Shown here: piece after piece, positions 28,544-39,039 of the stretch
Layout: each line of letters starts with the position of its first letter
Numbering within the stretch: position 1 is the stretch's first letter
Assembly (NCBI GenBank): GCA_965224705.1
Contig: OZ245056.1
Location: forward strand, 2,016,001-2,080,000
DNA: 64,000 nucleotides
Direction of reading: 5' to 3'
Origin: Spirochaetaceae bacterium
Lineage (GTDB): Bacteria > Spirochaetota > Spirochaetia > DSM-2461
The notes under the pieces: model-generated
What the model saw: the letters and a program-made list of their open reading frames with translations, nothing else
The model's database searches: none
Told to the model about the DNA's origin: nothing
Program-made: the position numbers and the translations under genes

Positions 28544-31262
28544 CATACTTGTTTCGTTCATCTTTTCAGGCATGGCTGCTTTTTTCGGTGTACTTTTCTG
28601 GAATGAATTAAACAATGCGGTTAATCATACTGATGGTGTTCTTATAGGAGAAATTGTTGAGTTAACAGGCCAGGCTCAAAGACGATTTTCGAAGCAGAGT
28701 CAATGGACAGATCTCAGTATTGATTCCGCAATATATAATCTTGATTCCATCCGTACCGGAAGATCTTCTGTCGCTTCCATTGTGTTGAAGTCCTATGATG
28801 AAAGTGGTGAGGAAGTGTACGATGAAATACAGCTCGGTGCGGAAACATACATCATTGTTGATCTCACTGAAAATACCCGAACTGTGAATTTCATTGGAGG
28901 AAACGTCTTTGCTGCCGGATCTGCTGGTCTTGCTATCAGCACTGATACGACCACTGTCTACCCCGGGGAAGGGACTGTCAACCTCAATCTAACAGAAGAA
29001 GAGGGCATCAGTGTTAATGCGACGGATGGGGAAGTAAAGGTTGTTGTTAATGGTGAACAATCCGTTGTAAGTCCCGAATCAGTGCTGAGAATTGATGAAG
29101 AAGAAGGACATGTAACACAGGAAAGAACACCTGTAAAACCACTGACTCCAACAGCCAATGCACTCCTGCTGACCTACAACAATGCCAGGGAAGTTGATTT
29201 CTCCTGGGAATTATTGGCGAATTGGGAAACTCCTGTTCTGGAGATATCGCCGGATCTCACCTTCGAGAGTGGTGTGATTCGTCGAAATGCGGTCAACGAT
29301 TCCCTGAGCATGGAAATTGACCATGGTCACTGGTACTGGCGTCTTGCTGACGATGAAACAGGTGAGACCAGTATTGCAAGTTCTTTCAGTGTCAGTCTGG
29401 AGCAGAAGGTATCCTTGATGTCTCCTGTTCCAGATTCCACTCTTTCGTATTCAGGTGAGGCATTGACTGTGTTACTGCAGTGGGAACGGGCCTGGTTTGC
29501 GGAGTACTACAATGTTTTCATTGCAGACTCACCAGCCATATCCAATCCTCAAACAACTCTGGAGGTGAGGGGAAATTCAGTTCTCGTGGAAGAACTCTCC
29601 TCCGGACAATGGTGGTGGCAGGTTGTTCCTGTCTACCGTCGAGGTGAACTTGACAGCAATCTGTATAGTGAGACAAAAAGTTTCTTTGCCGAGAAGAGCA
29701 GGGGATTCAGCAGCATCGAGCTGATTTCTCCAGGCAACAGGAGTTCCATCTCGGCAGTTGAAGTTCAGGATGGAACATCTTTCCGATGGCTGAATCAGGA
29801 TGGAATCATTCAGTATGAAATAAAAATCTCCAATGATTCAAACTTCAACGAGTTGACTTCTGTTGCGGTCACACAGAGTAACTGGTACACGTTTAAACTT
29901 GATCCGGGAACATATTATTGGCAGGTTGAAGGCGATTCAGCAGAAGCTGCCAGGGTAACAGTCTCCCCAACATGGAATCTGGAGATTAAGCCAGGGAGTA
30001 GTTCCATTGAACTTCTGGATCCACTACCGGGGGAAAATATAGAATTCCAGCCTGGTAATCTTCATACATTCCACTGGAGAAGCGAATTGAAGGGGATGTC
30101 GAGATTCACTCTCAGGAGAGCTGATTTAAGGAATAAGACCAGAATAATTCAAAGTCTGACCGAAGAACCAAAGTTTACCATGCTGCTGCCCGATGAAGGT
30201 TCCTATATATGGCAGGTTCAGTTACTTGACAGCCTTGGTAATGTTGTGCTTGAAAGTCCGGAAGGTAACTTCAAGATTGTGAGAAATCTCAATCCACCGG
30301 ATCTCCTGTACCCTGTTCCTGAGGAAAGCATCAGTTTCCCCGCTGACCGCATTGTATTGTTGAACTGGTTACCTGCTGAGGGTGTTGATAGATACCAGGT
30401 TGTATTTAGAAGTCCCAATGGTACTATCGTTTCTCAGGATGATGAAGTACTGGGTTTGATAAAAGAAATCTATATCCCGAGAAACTTTGGCGGTGGAACC
30501 TATCAGGTTGAGCTTGCTTCTGTACGGGAGAATCCAGTTATCAGGGAACTTGGTGTTAGCGAAAAGGCAGTATTCAGTTTCAATATAGAAGATGCCATAA
30601 AACTGGAAGCTGCGATTCCTTTAACACCAGGTAACGGTACTGTGATAAACAGCCAGGAGATTTCTTCGAATGGACTTCTGCTGCAATGGGAGACAGGCCC
30701 ATTTCTCACACGATGGGCAGTTGAATTGAGCAGAAATTCTTCAGTCGCACAGTATTATCCAACTGACTCCCCACGACTCTTACTGACTGAATTAGAATCT
30801 GGGCAGTATCGCTGGACAGTTCATTCATGGGATAAGTCCAATATAGAAGCACCATTGAGCCGGGGCAACAATTTTACAGTAATAGATTATGAATACCTTC
30901 CACCTCCTGTCATCAGATCGCCGGAAACTGGCGAGAATATTGATATGACCGGTGCCAAAAACTTGAGATTTGAATGGCAATCAGCCAGTGATGATGCTTT
31001 TACAGAATTGAAACTGTATAGTGGAAACTCGCAGATTCTGCTGTTCCAGATAGCAGATCTCAAGAATTCCTTCTATGTGTTGGAAAACCTGAGTATTCTG
31101 GATATAGGGGATTTTGTGTTGGAACTGACATCCTATACGAAATCCTCAGGGAAGGAAATTGCTCGAAGGAGTACCGTAGTTCGAGTTCCTTTTTCGTTGT
31201 CTGTCAAACTTCCTGGAACAGCCCCGCAGATTCTAACTCGCGAGTTGCTGTATGCTGATTAG
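28512..31262 (+). CDS. FecR-domain protein followed by multiple Ig/FN3-like repeats
   Basis: AGGAGG RBS; one TM; FecR-like IYNLDSIRTG..IQLGAETYI; repeated LLSP/LISP...FRW...YYWQV units. Confidence 0.75.
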   Translation: MKLSTRSLVRNILVSFIFSGMAAFFGVLFWNELNNAVNHTDGVLIGEIVELTGQAQRRFSKQSQWTDLSIDSAIYNLDSIRTGRSSVASIVLKSYDESGEEVYDEIQLGAETYIIVDLTENTRTVNFIGGNVFAAGSAGLAISTDTTTVYPGEGTVNLNLTEEEGISVNATDGEVKVVVNGEQSVVSPESVLRIDEEEGHVTQERTPVKPLTPTANALLLTYNNAREVDFSWELLANWETPVLEISPDLTFESGVIRRNAVNDSLSMEIDHGHWYWRLADDETGETSIASSFSVSLEQKVSLMSPVPDSTLSYSGEALTVLLQWERAWFAEYYNVFIADSPAISNPQTTLEVRGNSVLVEELSSGQWWWQVVPVYRRGELDSNLYSETKSFFAEKSRGFSSIELISPGNRSSISAVEVQDGTSFRWLNQDGIIQYEIKISNDSNFNELTSVAVTQSNWYTFKLDPGTYYWQVEGDSAEAARVTVSPTWNLEIKPGSSSIELLDPLPGENIEFQPGNLHTFHWRSELKGMSRFTLRRADLRNKTRIIQSLTEEPKFTMLLPDEGSYIWQVQLLDSLGNVVLESPEGNFKIVRNLNPPDLLYPVPEESISFPADRIVLLNWLPAEGVDRYQVVFRSPNGTIVSQDDEVLGLIKEIYIPRNFGGGTYQVELASVRENPVIRELGVSEKAVFSFNIEDAIKLEAAIPLTPGNGTVINSQEISSNGLLLQWETGPFLTRWAVELSRNSSVAQYYPTDSPRLLLTELESGQYRWTVHSWDKSNIEAPLSRGNNFTVIDYEYLPPPVIRSPETGENIDMTGAKNLRFEWQSASDDAFTELKLYSGNSQILLFQIADLKNSFYVLENLSILDIGDFVLELTSYTKSSGKEIARRSTVVRVPFSLSVKLPGTAPQILTRELLYAD

Positions 31263-32760
31263 GGAATCAGACGGATACCATCTGTTTTTTCTAATTTTTT
31301 TTATCTCAACTATGATCATGGGAAACTTGACCGCCGCCGATCTCATTGAGTGGGAACCCTATGAGGAAGCTGATCATTACTTAGTAGAATTTCGTCAGGA
31401 TGGTGATCTTATTGCGGTATTCAGGAGTGAAATCTCCTCTTTGCCAGTTACACTCCGGCCTGGAAAATATGAATTCAGAGTTCTTGTTATGAGTCCATTT
31501 GGTAAAGAAATGATTGCAAGCCAGTGGGAAGAAGTACAGATTCTGTCCAATCTGGTACCTGTTATTTTGAGCTTTTCACCTGGAGAAATCTATCTGAACA
31601 GAGAGCCAGTTTTTACTGCACGTATTGCTGGATACAGAGAGATTCTGAATGAGAGTTTTAAATTCCAGTTGGAAAACGACGAGGGGAAAACTATTCCGCT
31701 TGTTGTTGAGAATTCCAGTGAACAGAATACTACTGAAAACATCTGGGATTTCGTTTTCCAGAAGCCGAAAAACAGAGATTTATCGGTGGGGAAATGGAAT
31801 TTCTTAATAGAAGATATAAGTACAAATCAGTCAAACATGATGAGTGGAGCTCTTACAGTGCATGAGCATTTCAAACCCGGATTGAAAGCCGTTGTACCGG
31901 GAAGAATCCGAATTGGAAAGGAATACAATGAATTAACTCTGAAAATTTCAGGGATGGAGAAGAATATTGAGATACTTTTTGATGGTCCATCAGATCTTAA
32001 TCCCGTATTTCTTCAATACACAGGGAAGAATAGACTGATGTACAGTTTGAATCTTCAGGATGCCGAACCTGGCTGGTATTCCATATCATTAAAGAATCCA
32101 TCGGGTGAGTCCTATGTCAAAAAACGTGCTTTAAAGCTGCAGAAACCACCTGACCCTGATTCCCTGTCCGCTAAAATTTCAAGCGATATAAACCAGATGG
32201 AACCCAATCCTGTACCAGAATTCCCCAATTCAATTTCATTGGGGTATACATTTTCCATGCCGGTTACGAGAGGGATATCTTTTTTTGAGTATAAACTATT
32301 AGGATTCATGGTTGGTTTTTCCAGGGATATCTCCAATGAAGTATTGAGACGTCTTCCAGCTTTGAATGGATTGGGTTGGGAGATTAGTTTCCTGTTGACA
32401 ACTACAGAAAGGCTTCATCTTTTTGTCGATAATGTTGATAGTCTGCATTTCACGCTGATCATGGGAGTACGGTATATTACACCCTGGAGTTTTCCGATTA
32501 AGTTCCTTCTTCGTTTTGGTGCAGGTTTTACCAGCTCAATCTACACTTCCACAGTCTATGACCGCACAGCTAATATTGGTGGTCATACTCTTTCAGATCT
32601 TGATTCATTGGATTTAACGATGAGAGCCGGTGCGGGGCTGTCTCTGCATATATCTCCGCGTATATTTTTGAATATTGTGTTCAATGCCAGTAGTATATTC
32701 TTTTACAATAATACTTATTTCTTTCTCCAGCCTGCTGTTGAAGGTGGATTTCGGTGGTAA
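31252..32760 (+). CDS. Exported Ig-like protein with a probable C-terminal outer-membrane beta-barrel
   Basis: Signal peptide; IEWEPYEEA..Y.VEF..GKYEFRV; alternating amphipathic strands ending EGGFRW. Confidence 0.6.
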   Translation: MLIRESDGYHLFFLIFFISTMIMGNLTAADLIEWEPYEEADHYLVEFRQDGDLIAVFRSEISSLPVTLRPGKYEFRVLVMSPFGKEMIASQWEEVQILSNLVPVILSFSPGEIYLNREPVFTARIAGYREILNESFKFQLENDEGKTIPLVVENSSEQNTTENIWDFVFQKPKNRDLSVGKWNFLIEDISTNQSNMMSGALTVHEHFKPGLKAVVPGRIRIGKEYNELTLKISGMEKNIEILFDGPSDLNPVFLQYTGKNRLMYSLNLQDAEPGWYSISLKNPSGESYVKKRALKLQKPPDPDSLSAKISSDINQMEPNPVPEFPNSISLGYTFSMPVTRGISFFEYKLLGFMVGFSRDISNEVLRRLPALNGLGWEISFLLTTTERLHLFVDNVDSLHFTLIMGVRYITPWSFPIKFLLRFGAGFTSSIYTSTVYDRTANIGGHTLSDLDSLDLTMRAGAGLSLHISPRIFLNIVFNASSIFFYNNTYFFLQPAVEGGFRW

Positions 32761-34112
32761 GATATTGCTTGATTCTTTTTCTATCCGCAGCAGTTCTCCC
32801 TGTATTCGGTCAGGAGTCAATTGACCTGGTCAGTGAAAGTGGAGGTGTTGAATTGTCATGGGAAGCCATCCCGGCTGTTTATCGGGTAGAGATCAGGCAG
32901 GATGGACAAATTCTCTATGCAATGGACTTAACTGAGAATAAACTCAAGGTAAAGCTGGAAAGGGGAGTCTATGAGTACCAGGTTAGTTTCCTCGATCCAT
33001 TTGGAAACATTGCAACGAAGACGGGGTGGAAAGAATTAGTCGTTCGATATGATAGTGTCCCCTGGTTCAGGGTGATTAACAGTATTGAGGGATGGGTAGG
33101 TGATGACCTGGTTGAACTGGAAATTGACAGTTCAGCCTTGAAGCAGGATACAACATTTCGGTTGGAGAAAGATGACCTCAAAGTCAGTATAACAGGTGAG
33201 AGAAGTGCTGATAGAATAAAATTCATGATCCGTACGGAAGAACTGTCAGCAGGCAGTTGGGATCTTGTTTCCATCAATTCCGCAGGCAGTACTTACCGGA
33301 GTCCTGGAGTACTTCGACTCAATGAATTCCTGGATCCGAATCCAGACAAGTTTGACACTCTGTACCTCCTCAATGATGGAGGAGCCAATATTGAGGTTCG
33401 TGGTGAGAATTTTGGCAAAAACATAGAGGCCGTTGTGAAGGGAGAAAATGGAGAAATTCCTGTTCAATCAATCACGTATATCTCCAGAAACAAAGCTGAA
33501 CTCAATCTGGAATTAACCGATTCCAAACCTGGAGATTACTCGATAATCCTTACCAGTCTATCCGGCGAAGAAACACATTTGGAGAATGCTCTGGTGATTC
33601 TGGATAAGAACAAACACGGTTCACGCCTGCCGGGATTTGAAATCCAGATGGGGTATTCCCCTATGATATCCTTCGTTCGGAGGGCAGATGATATCCCTCT
33701 TGTTCCCAATTTACTTGTTGTTGAAACATCTTTCATATTTAATTCTGGAATAAACGTACCCTTTCTGCGATCTCTGGGTGTCGGGATACATGGAAGCATT
33801 GGCCTCAATGGTCCTGGTGCCGCTGAGGAATCATTTGACATGATGGGCTCTGTTGATCTCGTTATCAACTGGCGCCCCAGGCTCAAGCGAGATTTATCTC
33901 CTTCCTTTGAGTTGGCAACGGGCAATATGTGGTTCAATTTCATTACGGCATCTGAATTCGAGAACTATCTATATGCTCGTCTTGTTATTGCCGCTGATAT
34001 CATGAATGCCAATAAGTATTTTCAAATAGGCGCATCATTATTGGTGAGCTTTGGTCAGGAAAGTACAATAACAACGATTGGACTGGTATTTCGGCGAGGT
34101 ATGCGGTTTTAG
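32754..34112 (+). CDS. Paralogous exported Ig-like protein with a probable C-terminal beta-barrel
   Basis: Signal peptide; LSWEAIP..YRVEIRQDG..GVYEYQV resembles the preceding gene; ends RRGMRF. Confidence 0.6.
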   Translation: MVRYCLILFLSAAVLPVFGQESIDLVSESGGVELSWEAIPAVYRVEIRQDGQILYAMDLTENKLKVKLERGVYEYQVSFLDPFGNIATKTGWKELVVRYDSVPWFRVINSIEGWVGDDLVELEIDSSALKQDTTFRLEKDDLKVSITGERSADRIKFMIRTEELSAGSWDLVSINSAGSTYRSPGVLRLNEFLDPNPDKFDTLYLLNDGGANIEVRGENFGKNIEAVVKGENGEIPVQSITYISRNKAELNLELTDSKPGDYSIILTSLSGEETHLENALVILDKNKHGSRLPGFEIQMGYSPMISFVRRADDIPLVPNLLVVETSFIFNSGINVPFLRSLGVGIHGSIGLNGPGAAEESFDMMGSVDLVINWRPRLKRDLSPSFELATGNMWFNFITASEFENYLYARLVIAADIMNANKYFQIGASLLVSFGQESTITTIGLVFRRGMRF

Positions 34113-34123
34113 TGGCGAAGAGA
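34109..34123 (+). repeat. Direct repeat of the tRNA-Met 3' end (putative att site)
   Basis: TTAGTGGCGAAGaGA versus TTAGTGGCGAAGgGA at 51775-51789 (12 nt exact, 14/15 overall). Confidence 0.65.
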
Positions 34124-34166
34124 ATCACTTTGTATCGAGACATACAAAGCGATTCATTACATGTAA

Positions 34167-34565
34167 CTAAGGAGAAATCTGTATATAATTTGTATATATA
34201 GACTTATTCAAATTAGCAATCCAGCGGACATAGTTCTTATGAATGACACCTTCTTCGAGATCGGCATCAAGGTTTGAACTGTCGACATAGGATATTACAT
34301 ATCCAGTTTTATCGTATTCAATACGTATATCAGCAACGATAGCACCTTCGGATTTTGAATACCGGGCTTCAATCAATCCTGTTCTATCTTCTTCTATAAC
34401 CCAACCATACTGAACCAGAGAAAGCCTGATGCTTTTTGCTAATAATTCTGTATCCAGGGGTTGGGGTAGACTATGACCTGTACTGACAGGGGTAAATTGA
34501 GTTGTCGTGAAACATGAGGCCAGCAACAATACCAAAACGGCCAGAAAAGTGATTTTAATCTTCAT
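34167..34565 (-). CDS. Small lipoprotein
   Basis: Lipobox LLASC; motif YGW...ADIRIEY...ISYVDSSNL...IHKNYVRWIANL. Confidence 0.8.
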   Translation of the reverse strand: MKIKITFLAVLVLLLASCFTTTQFTPVSTGHSLPQPLDTELLAKSIRLSLVQYGWVIEEDRTGLIEARYSKSEGAIVADIRIEYDKTGYVISYVDSSNLDADLEEGVIHKNYVRWIANLNKSIYTNYIQISP

Positions 34566-34751
34566 AGAAGGACTCCTTTCCAATACAGATTTTGACTCGT
34601 CGCCAAAATTTTCGGTAGATTAACAGGAATTCTCGCCACAGGTCAATAGAAAAATCTGAAATACACCATAATTTCTTAAATTCCAAAAAATGGGATCCAG
34701 ATGCTTTGAGACAGGTCGGCATAAAGCCTGGGAATCTTCCTGTGCCAGAAC

Positions 34752-35993
34752 TTACCCGCAGTTACTGTTGAGCCGCCGTTTTTTTATTATCAATGACGTA
34801 TTAATCCCGCCAAAGGCAAAATTATTACACATTATATGCTCAGGATTCATCTCCCGTCCATCTCCGATTATGTAATCGAGATCACCACATTCGGGATCCA
34901 GGTTATTCAGATTGAGATTAGGAGCGATCCACCCTGTATTCATCATCTGTATGGACAACCAGGTTTCGATTGCTCCGCAAGCACCCAGTGTGTGACCTAT
35001 GTAGCTCTTGAGAGTACTGTAGGGTATCGGTCTTCCGAAACAGTTCCTCGTCGCATTGCTTTCCGCAACGTCACCATGCTGTGTTGCCGTACCGTGTCCG
35101 TTTACGTAATCAATCTGTTGGGAATGGATTCCCGCATCATCAATCGCAAGTTCAAGTGCAATTTCCATAGTATTGCTATTCGGTTGTGTAATATGATCCC
35201 CATCCGTATTCGTACCAAAACCTATGACTTCTGCATGGATTTGAGCACCTCTTTCCTTCGCGTGTTCCAGTTCTTCCAGTATAAGAGTACCGGCACCTTC
35301 TCCAACGACAAGACCATCCCGGTCCCTGTCAAATGGACTGGGCGTTACTTTTGGAGTTTCATTTTTCGTACTTGTCGCATATATCGTATCAAAGACAGCC
35401 GATCCTGTTGGATTCAGTTCCTCAGCCCCTCCACAGATCATTATTTTTTGCTTTCCTTCACGAATTGTTTCAAATCCAAGCCCTACGGCATGACTTCCTG
35501 AAGTACAGGCCGTGTTTGTGGTTAAGAGACGCCCTGTCGTTTTAAAGAATACACCGATATTCACAGCACAGGTTTGGGCCATGGACCGAATGTACGTCGT
35601 CGCTGTGATTCCCTGAGCATCATTTTTTTTCAACATTGAAAAGTAGTCCATCATAGCGTCAATATTACCTGTGGAAGAACCATATGAAACACCAGTACTT
35701 CCATCCGTCAATGCCGGATGTTCGAGCAATCCAGCCGCATTAAGAGCCATCTCCGCAGAATGAACGGCTAAAAGAGCAACCTTTCCCATTCCCCGAACTT
35801 TCTTTCTAGGGTATTTCGGTGGAATCCAGTCTGCGGGAGATGCCAGTCTTGTGTTCAGCCTCTGATATCTATCCCATTCATCCATTCGGATAATTTTGTT
35901 CTCTTTTTTACGAAGATTCTCTTCAATGGTTTTCCAATCAGATCCCAGGGGAGATATTGCAGATCCGCCTGTTACAACAACACGTTTTCTCAT
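34752..35993 (-). CDS. Beta-ketoacyl-ACP synthase (ApeR-like)
   Basis: TACTSGS, NGHGTAT, GHTLGACG, NNFAFGGIN. Confidence 0.93.
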   Translation of the reverse strand: MRKRVVVTGGSAISPLGSDWKTIEENLRKKENKIIRMDEWDRYQRLNTRLASPADWIPPKYPRKKVRGMGKVALLAVHSAEMALNAAGLLEHPALTDGSTGVSYGSSTGNIDAMMDYFSMLKKNDAQGITATTYIRSMAQTCAVNIGVFFKTTGRLLTTNTACTSGSHAVGLGFETIREGKQKIMICGGAEELNPTGSAVFDTIYATSTKNETPKVTPSPFDRDRDGLVVGEGAGTLILEELEHAKERGAQIHAEVIGFGTNTDGDHITQPNSNTMEIALELAIDDAGIHSQQIDYVNGHGTATQHGDVAESNATRNCFGRPIPYSTLKSYIGHTLGACGAIETWLSIQMMNTGWIAPNLNLNNLDPECGDLDYIIGDGREMNPEHIMCNNFAFGGINTSLIIKKRRLNSNCG

Positions 35994-36712
35994 ATCATTC
36001 CTCCGTTAACAGAAATAACCTGTCTTGTGATGTAAGAGGCGCTATCTGACAGAAGAAAAGCAGCAAGTCCGGCCACTTCTTCCGGTTTTCCCATTCTTCT
36101 AAGGGGAATAGCGGATTTTACATGATCCCATGGAACCTCATTGGCCATTTCGCTTTCAATGACACCAGGAGCAATACAGTTAACAGTTATCTCGCGTTTA
36201 CCCATTTCTACAGCCAGGGCTTTAGTCGCGCCGATTATACCCGCTTTGGAGGCACTGTAGTTAACCTGCCCCCTATTTCCCATCAGTCCGGAGACAGAAG
36301 AAAGAGTGATTATACGGCCAGGTTTGCGGCTTCTAACCATGGGCATGATCAGGGGACTCAGGACATTGTAGAATCCGTCGAGATTCGTATGTATGACTCT
36401 ATCCCAGTCCTCCCCGGAAATAGAGGGAAAGGCATTATCCGCAGCTATTCCAGCATTGCAGATAACGCCATAATAGATTCCGCCACTTTCTACATCTTTT
36501 TCAAGAGAAGCTTTACATGCCTCACGATCTGAAATGTCGAAGGTGATAGCATGGGCCGAACCACCGCCATCCCTTATTTGATTCACCGTATCTTCAGCTC
36601 CATTTTTGTCCCGATTGTAATGTACGGCGACTTCATACTCTGCTGCTCCGGCGGCTACGGCTATGGCTTTACCTATACCTTTGCTGGCTCCGGTTACCAA
36701 TACTCTCTTCAT
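35990..36712 (-). CDS. 3-oxoacyl-ACP reductase (FabG/ApeQ-like)
   Basis: TGASKGIG, NAG, YSASK, YITRQVISVNGG. Confidence 0.94.
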   Translation of the reverse strand: MKRVLVTGASKGIGKAIAVAAGAAEYEVAVHYNRDKNGAEDTVNQIRDGGGSAHAITFDISDREACKASLEKDVESGGIYYGVICNAGIAADNAFPSISGEDWDRVIHTNLDGFYNVLSPLIMPMVRSRKPGRIITLSSVSGLMGNRGQVNYSASKAGIIGATKALAVEMGKREITVNCIAPGVIESEMANEVPWDHVKSAIPLRRMGKPEEVAGLAAFLLSDSASYITRQVISVNGGMI

Positions 36713-36728
36713 AAATTATCCTTTATTA

Positions 36729-37202
36729 TCACAATTCGGAAACCCATTTATCAATGATTTCCTTGTTATTTTCTATGACATTGACTACGGCAGTGGAATA
36801 GACTTTACCGTCGACGGAAGCCTCACCTTCAAATACGGCCACTTCACCGTCGCGAAAAATCTGTTTCACAGAAATGGTAACCCTGTCACCGGAAGAAAAA
36901 CCGGCAGCTTCTCCCCTGAAGTTGCGGATTCCCATGATGAATCCGATCTTCGGTTCTTTACCGCCATCGCGATAATTAATACCCGATAGTACGCCAATGC
37001 TCTGAGCCATGTACTCAAAGGAGATCCAGAGGGGAATGATTTCTTCCTCCTTTCGATAAAACTCGCTGGCTGTTGTTACGTCCACCTCTGTTTCTATAGT
37101 CTTGTCCTCCATGCTGTATTCCTTTACCCGATCGAGAAGCAGCATTCTTCCCTGATGGGGGGAGTACTCATATAATTCGGGTTTATTGCAGGGAACTTTC
37201 AT
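36729..37202 (-). CDS. Hotdog-fold dehydratase (ApeP-like)
   Basis: PHQGRMLLLD, EYMAQS, IGFIMG. Confidence 0.85.
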   Translation of the reverse strand: MKVPCNKPELYEYSPHQGRMLLLDRVKEYSMEDKTIETEVDVTTASEFYRKEEEIIPLWISFEYMAQSIGVLSGINYRDGGKEPKIGFIMGIRNFRGEAAGFSSGDRVTISVKQIFRDGEVAVFEGEASVDGKVYSTAVVNVIENNKEIIDKWVSEL

Positions 37203-38380
37203 CCCTCCCCCTCCTCGGCGGTAATGATAAGGCTGACGTTACAACCTCCGAAAGCATAGGAATTGCTCATACAGGTTTTTATTTCAGGCAGAACGGTTCG
37301 GGAACCGGTCATGTTCAATTGAATTTCATCGCTTTCACCATCCCAGAGATGGGGAGGGAGTTGTTTCTCTCGGTTCAGGGGAGAGAGGACAAGCCAGCAG
37401 AACCCCAATTCTACGGCACTGGCCGCTCCCAGAGTATGGCCGGTCATGGTTTTGGTACTCGAAGAATAGGGCAGAACATCAAATACGGCCGCAGTGGCTA
37501 TAGCTTCCATCGCATCGTTCAGCTCTGTTCCCGTTCCATGCAGGTTAATATAGTCTATAGTAGGACTGCCCGCGTCGGCCAGGGCTTCCAGCATTGCTTT
37601 CACGGCACCCCTGCCCTCAGGATCGGGGGCTGTCATATGGTGGGCGTCGGAACACTCACCGCATCCGGTCAGCCGAATGGAACTCTCACCGAGTGACTCG
37701 GAGGTTATCGTGAAGAGGGCGGCCCCCTCCCCCAGGTTGATCCCCTTCCTGTTCCGGCTGAAAGGATTAGTCGGTTTCGAGTCGACGGCCTCCAGGGAAA
37801 CAAATCCCTTTAAGACCGACTCGCTCACGATGTCGGCACCACCGACCACAGCTCCGCCGATGATACCGGATAGTATCATCCTTCTGGCCAGAGCCAGGGC
37901 GCTTCCGCTGGAAGTACATGCTGTCGCGATGGAAGTCCCGAATCCCTTCAGTCCGAAAAACTCCTTTACGTATTCAACGGGGTAATGAGCCTGCTGCTTC
38001 TCCAGGGAGTACTGACGGGGATATTTCCCATTTTCGCGGTATGCTTTCAGTGCTTGAAGAGACTCTTCCGAACCGTTGTCCGTAGAACCTAGAATCACAC
38101 CGATTCTCCTCTCACCGAAGCGCTCCTTCATTTTCCCGACCGATCCGGTGAGTTGAGAACAGGCATGATAAAGAAGCACGTTTATCCTGTTTCCCCTTTC
38201 CCGTACAGCCTCTTCGCTGTAGAGGGAAGAACAGTGTCCCACGGGATATTCCGATTCTCCGGCTGCCTGATAGACAAAGTGGTCCCTCTTTCCCGAGAGG
38301 AGGGAAGCCAGAACAGCTTCTTTACCTGCAGCCTGAGAAGTTATAATTCCAAGATCATTGAGATAGACGCTTTGTGTCAT
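37199..38380 (-). CDS. Beta-ketoacyl synthase (ApeO-like)
   Basis: TACTSSG, GINLGEGAA, DAHHMTAP, NLHGTGT, GHTLGA, SNSYAFGG. Confidence 0.92.
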   Translation of the reverse strand: MTQSVYLNDLGIITSQAAGKEAVLASLLSGKRDHFVYQAAGESEYPVGHCSSLYSEEAVRERGNRINVLLYHACSQLTGSVGKMKERFGERRIGVILGSTDNGSEESLQALKAYRENGKYPRQYSLEKQQAHYPVEYVKEFFGLKGFGTSIATACTSSGSALALARRMILSGIIGGAVVGGADIVSESVLKGFVSLEAVDSKPTNPFSRNRKGINLGEGAALFTITSESLGESSIRLTGCGECSDAHHMTAPDPEGRGAVKAMLEALADAGSPTIDYINLHGTGTELNDAMEAIATAAVFDVLPYSSSTKTMTGHTLGAASAVELGFCWLVLSPLNREKQLPPHLWDGESDEIQLNMTGSRTVLPEIKTCMSNSYAFGGCNVSLIITAEEGEG

Positions 38381-38381
38381 C

Positions 38382-38948
38382 TTACTGTTCCTCAATCAAA
38401 TACTCATAGCTGCGAAGATTATTCACATATTCGAGCCTGTTATTGGATCTGGTAACGATGATGACCGGCTCATCTCCGTTGAAAATGGTTCTTCTCCACC
38501 CCCCTTTAACGGGCTTCTGCTCAAAAGTCAGTCCCGATGCCTCAACCATCGTCTTCACATCCTCCTCAGGATAATAGCAGAACTGTATATCCGCCAGCAT
38601 GTACAGAGCGCTGGAACCAGGGAGATCCATAATGGTCTCGTATCGGGCCTCACCCCCGTGGTACTGGAGATTGTATACTGAATTTCCCAGAGGGGAGAAA
38701 GCGGCTGCTGATATCTCATCGGGACTCAGAATCACGATAGTCTGCATGATGTATTCCGTTCCGCCATAATTTCCTTCAATGAGCTGAAGGATCTCCCTTT
38801 CTTCAGGAAATGATGATGTGGGGAGAAGAGCGGCCGTATGCTCGTCGGTTAGATAGACGGGAGGAGAAATTTCATCAGCCGTTCCGGATGTGCGGCATGA
38901 AGTCACCGGAGAAAGAAGGAACGGCAGCAGAAAAAGAAGATGGCGCAT
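38382..38948 (-). CDS. DUF3261-type lipoprotein (ApeN-like)
   Basis: Lipoprotein signal ending VTSC; MLADIQFCYYP motif; cluster position. Confidence 0.75.
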   Translation of the reverse strand: MRHLLFLLPFLLSPVTSCRTSGTADEISPPVYLTDEHTAALLPTSSFPEEREILQLIEGNYGGTEYIMQTIVILSPDEISAAAFSPLGNSVYNLQYHGGEARYETIMDLPGSSALYMLADIQFCYYPEEDVKTMVEASGLTFEQKPVKGGWRRTIFNGDEPVIIVTRSNNRLEYVNNLRSYEYLIEEQ

Positions 38949-39039
38949 GTTCAAATACCTCGATAAATCAATAAGGTGTGGTTTCGCCTGCACAGGAGTC
39001 ATCCCAGGAGGTTCCCAGTATAGGGAAAAACGGCTTGTT

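Noticed and set aside
38949..39039. Remnant of a deleted FAD-dependent oxidoreductase between the MMPL and DUF3261 genes
   Set aside because: Some APE clusters have one here, but no recognisable motif remains in these ~90 bp.
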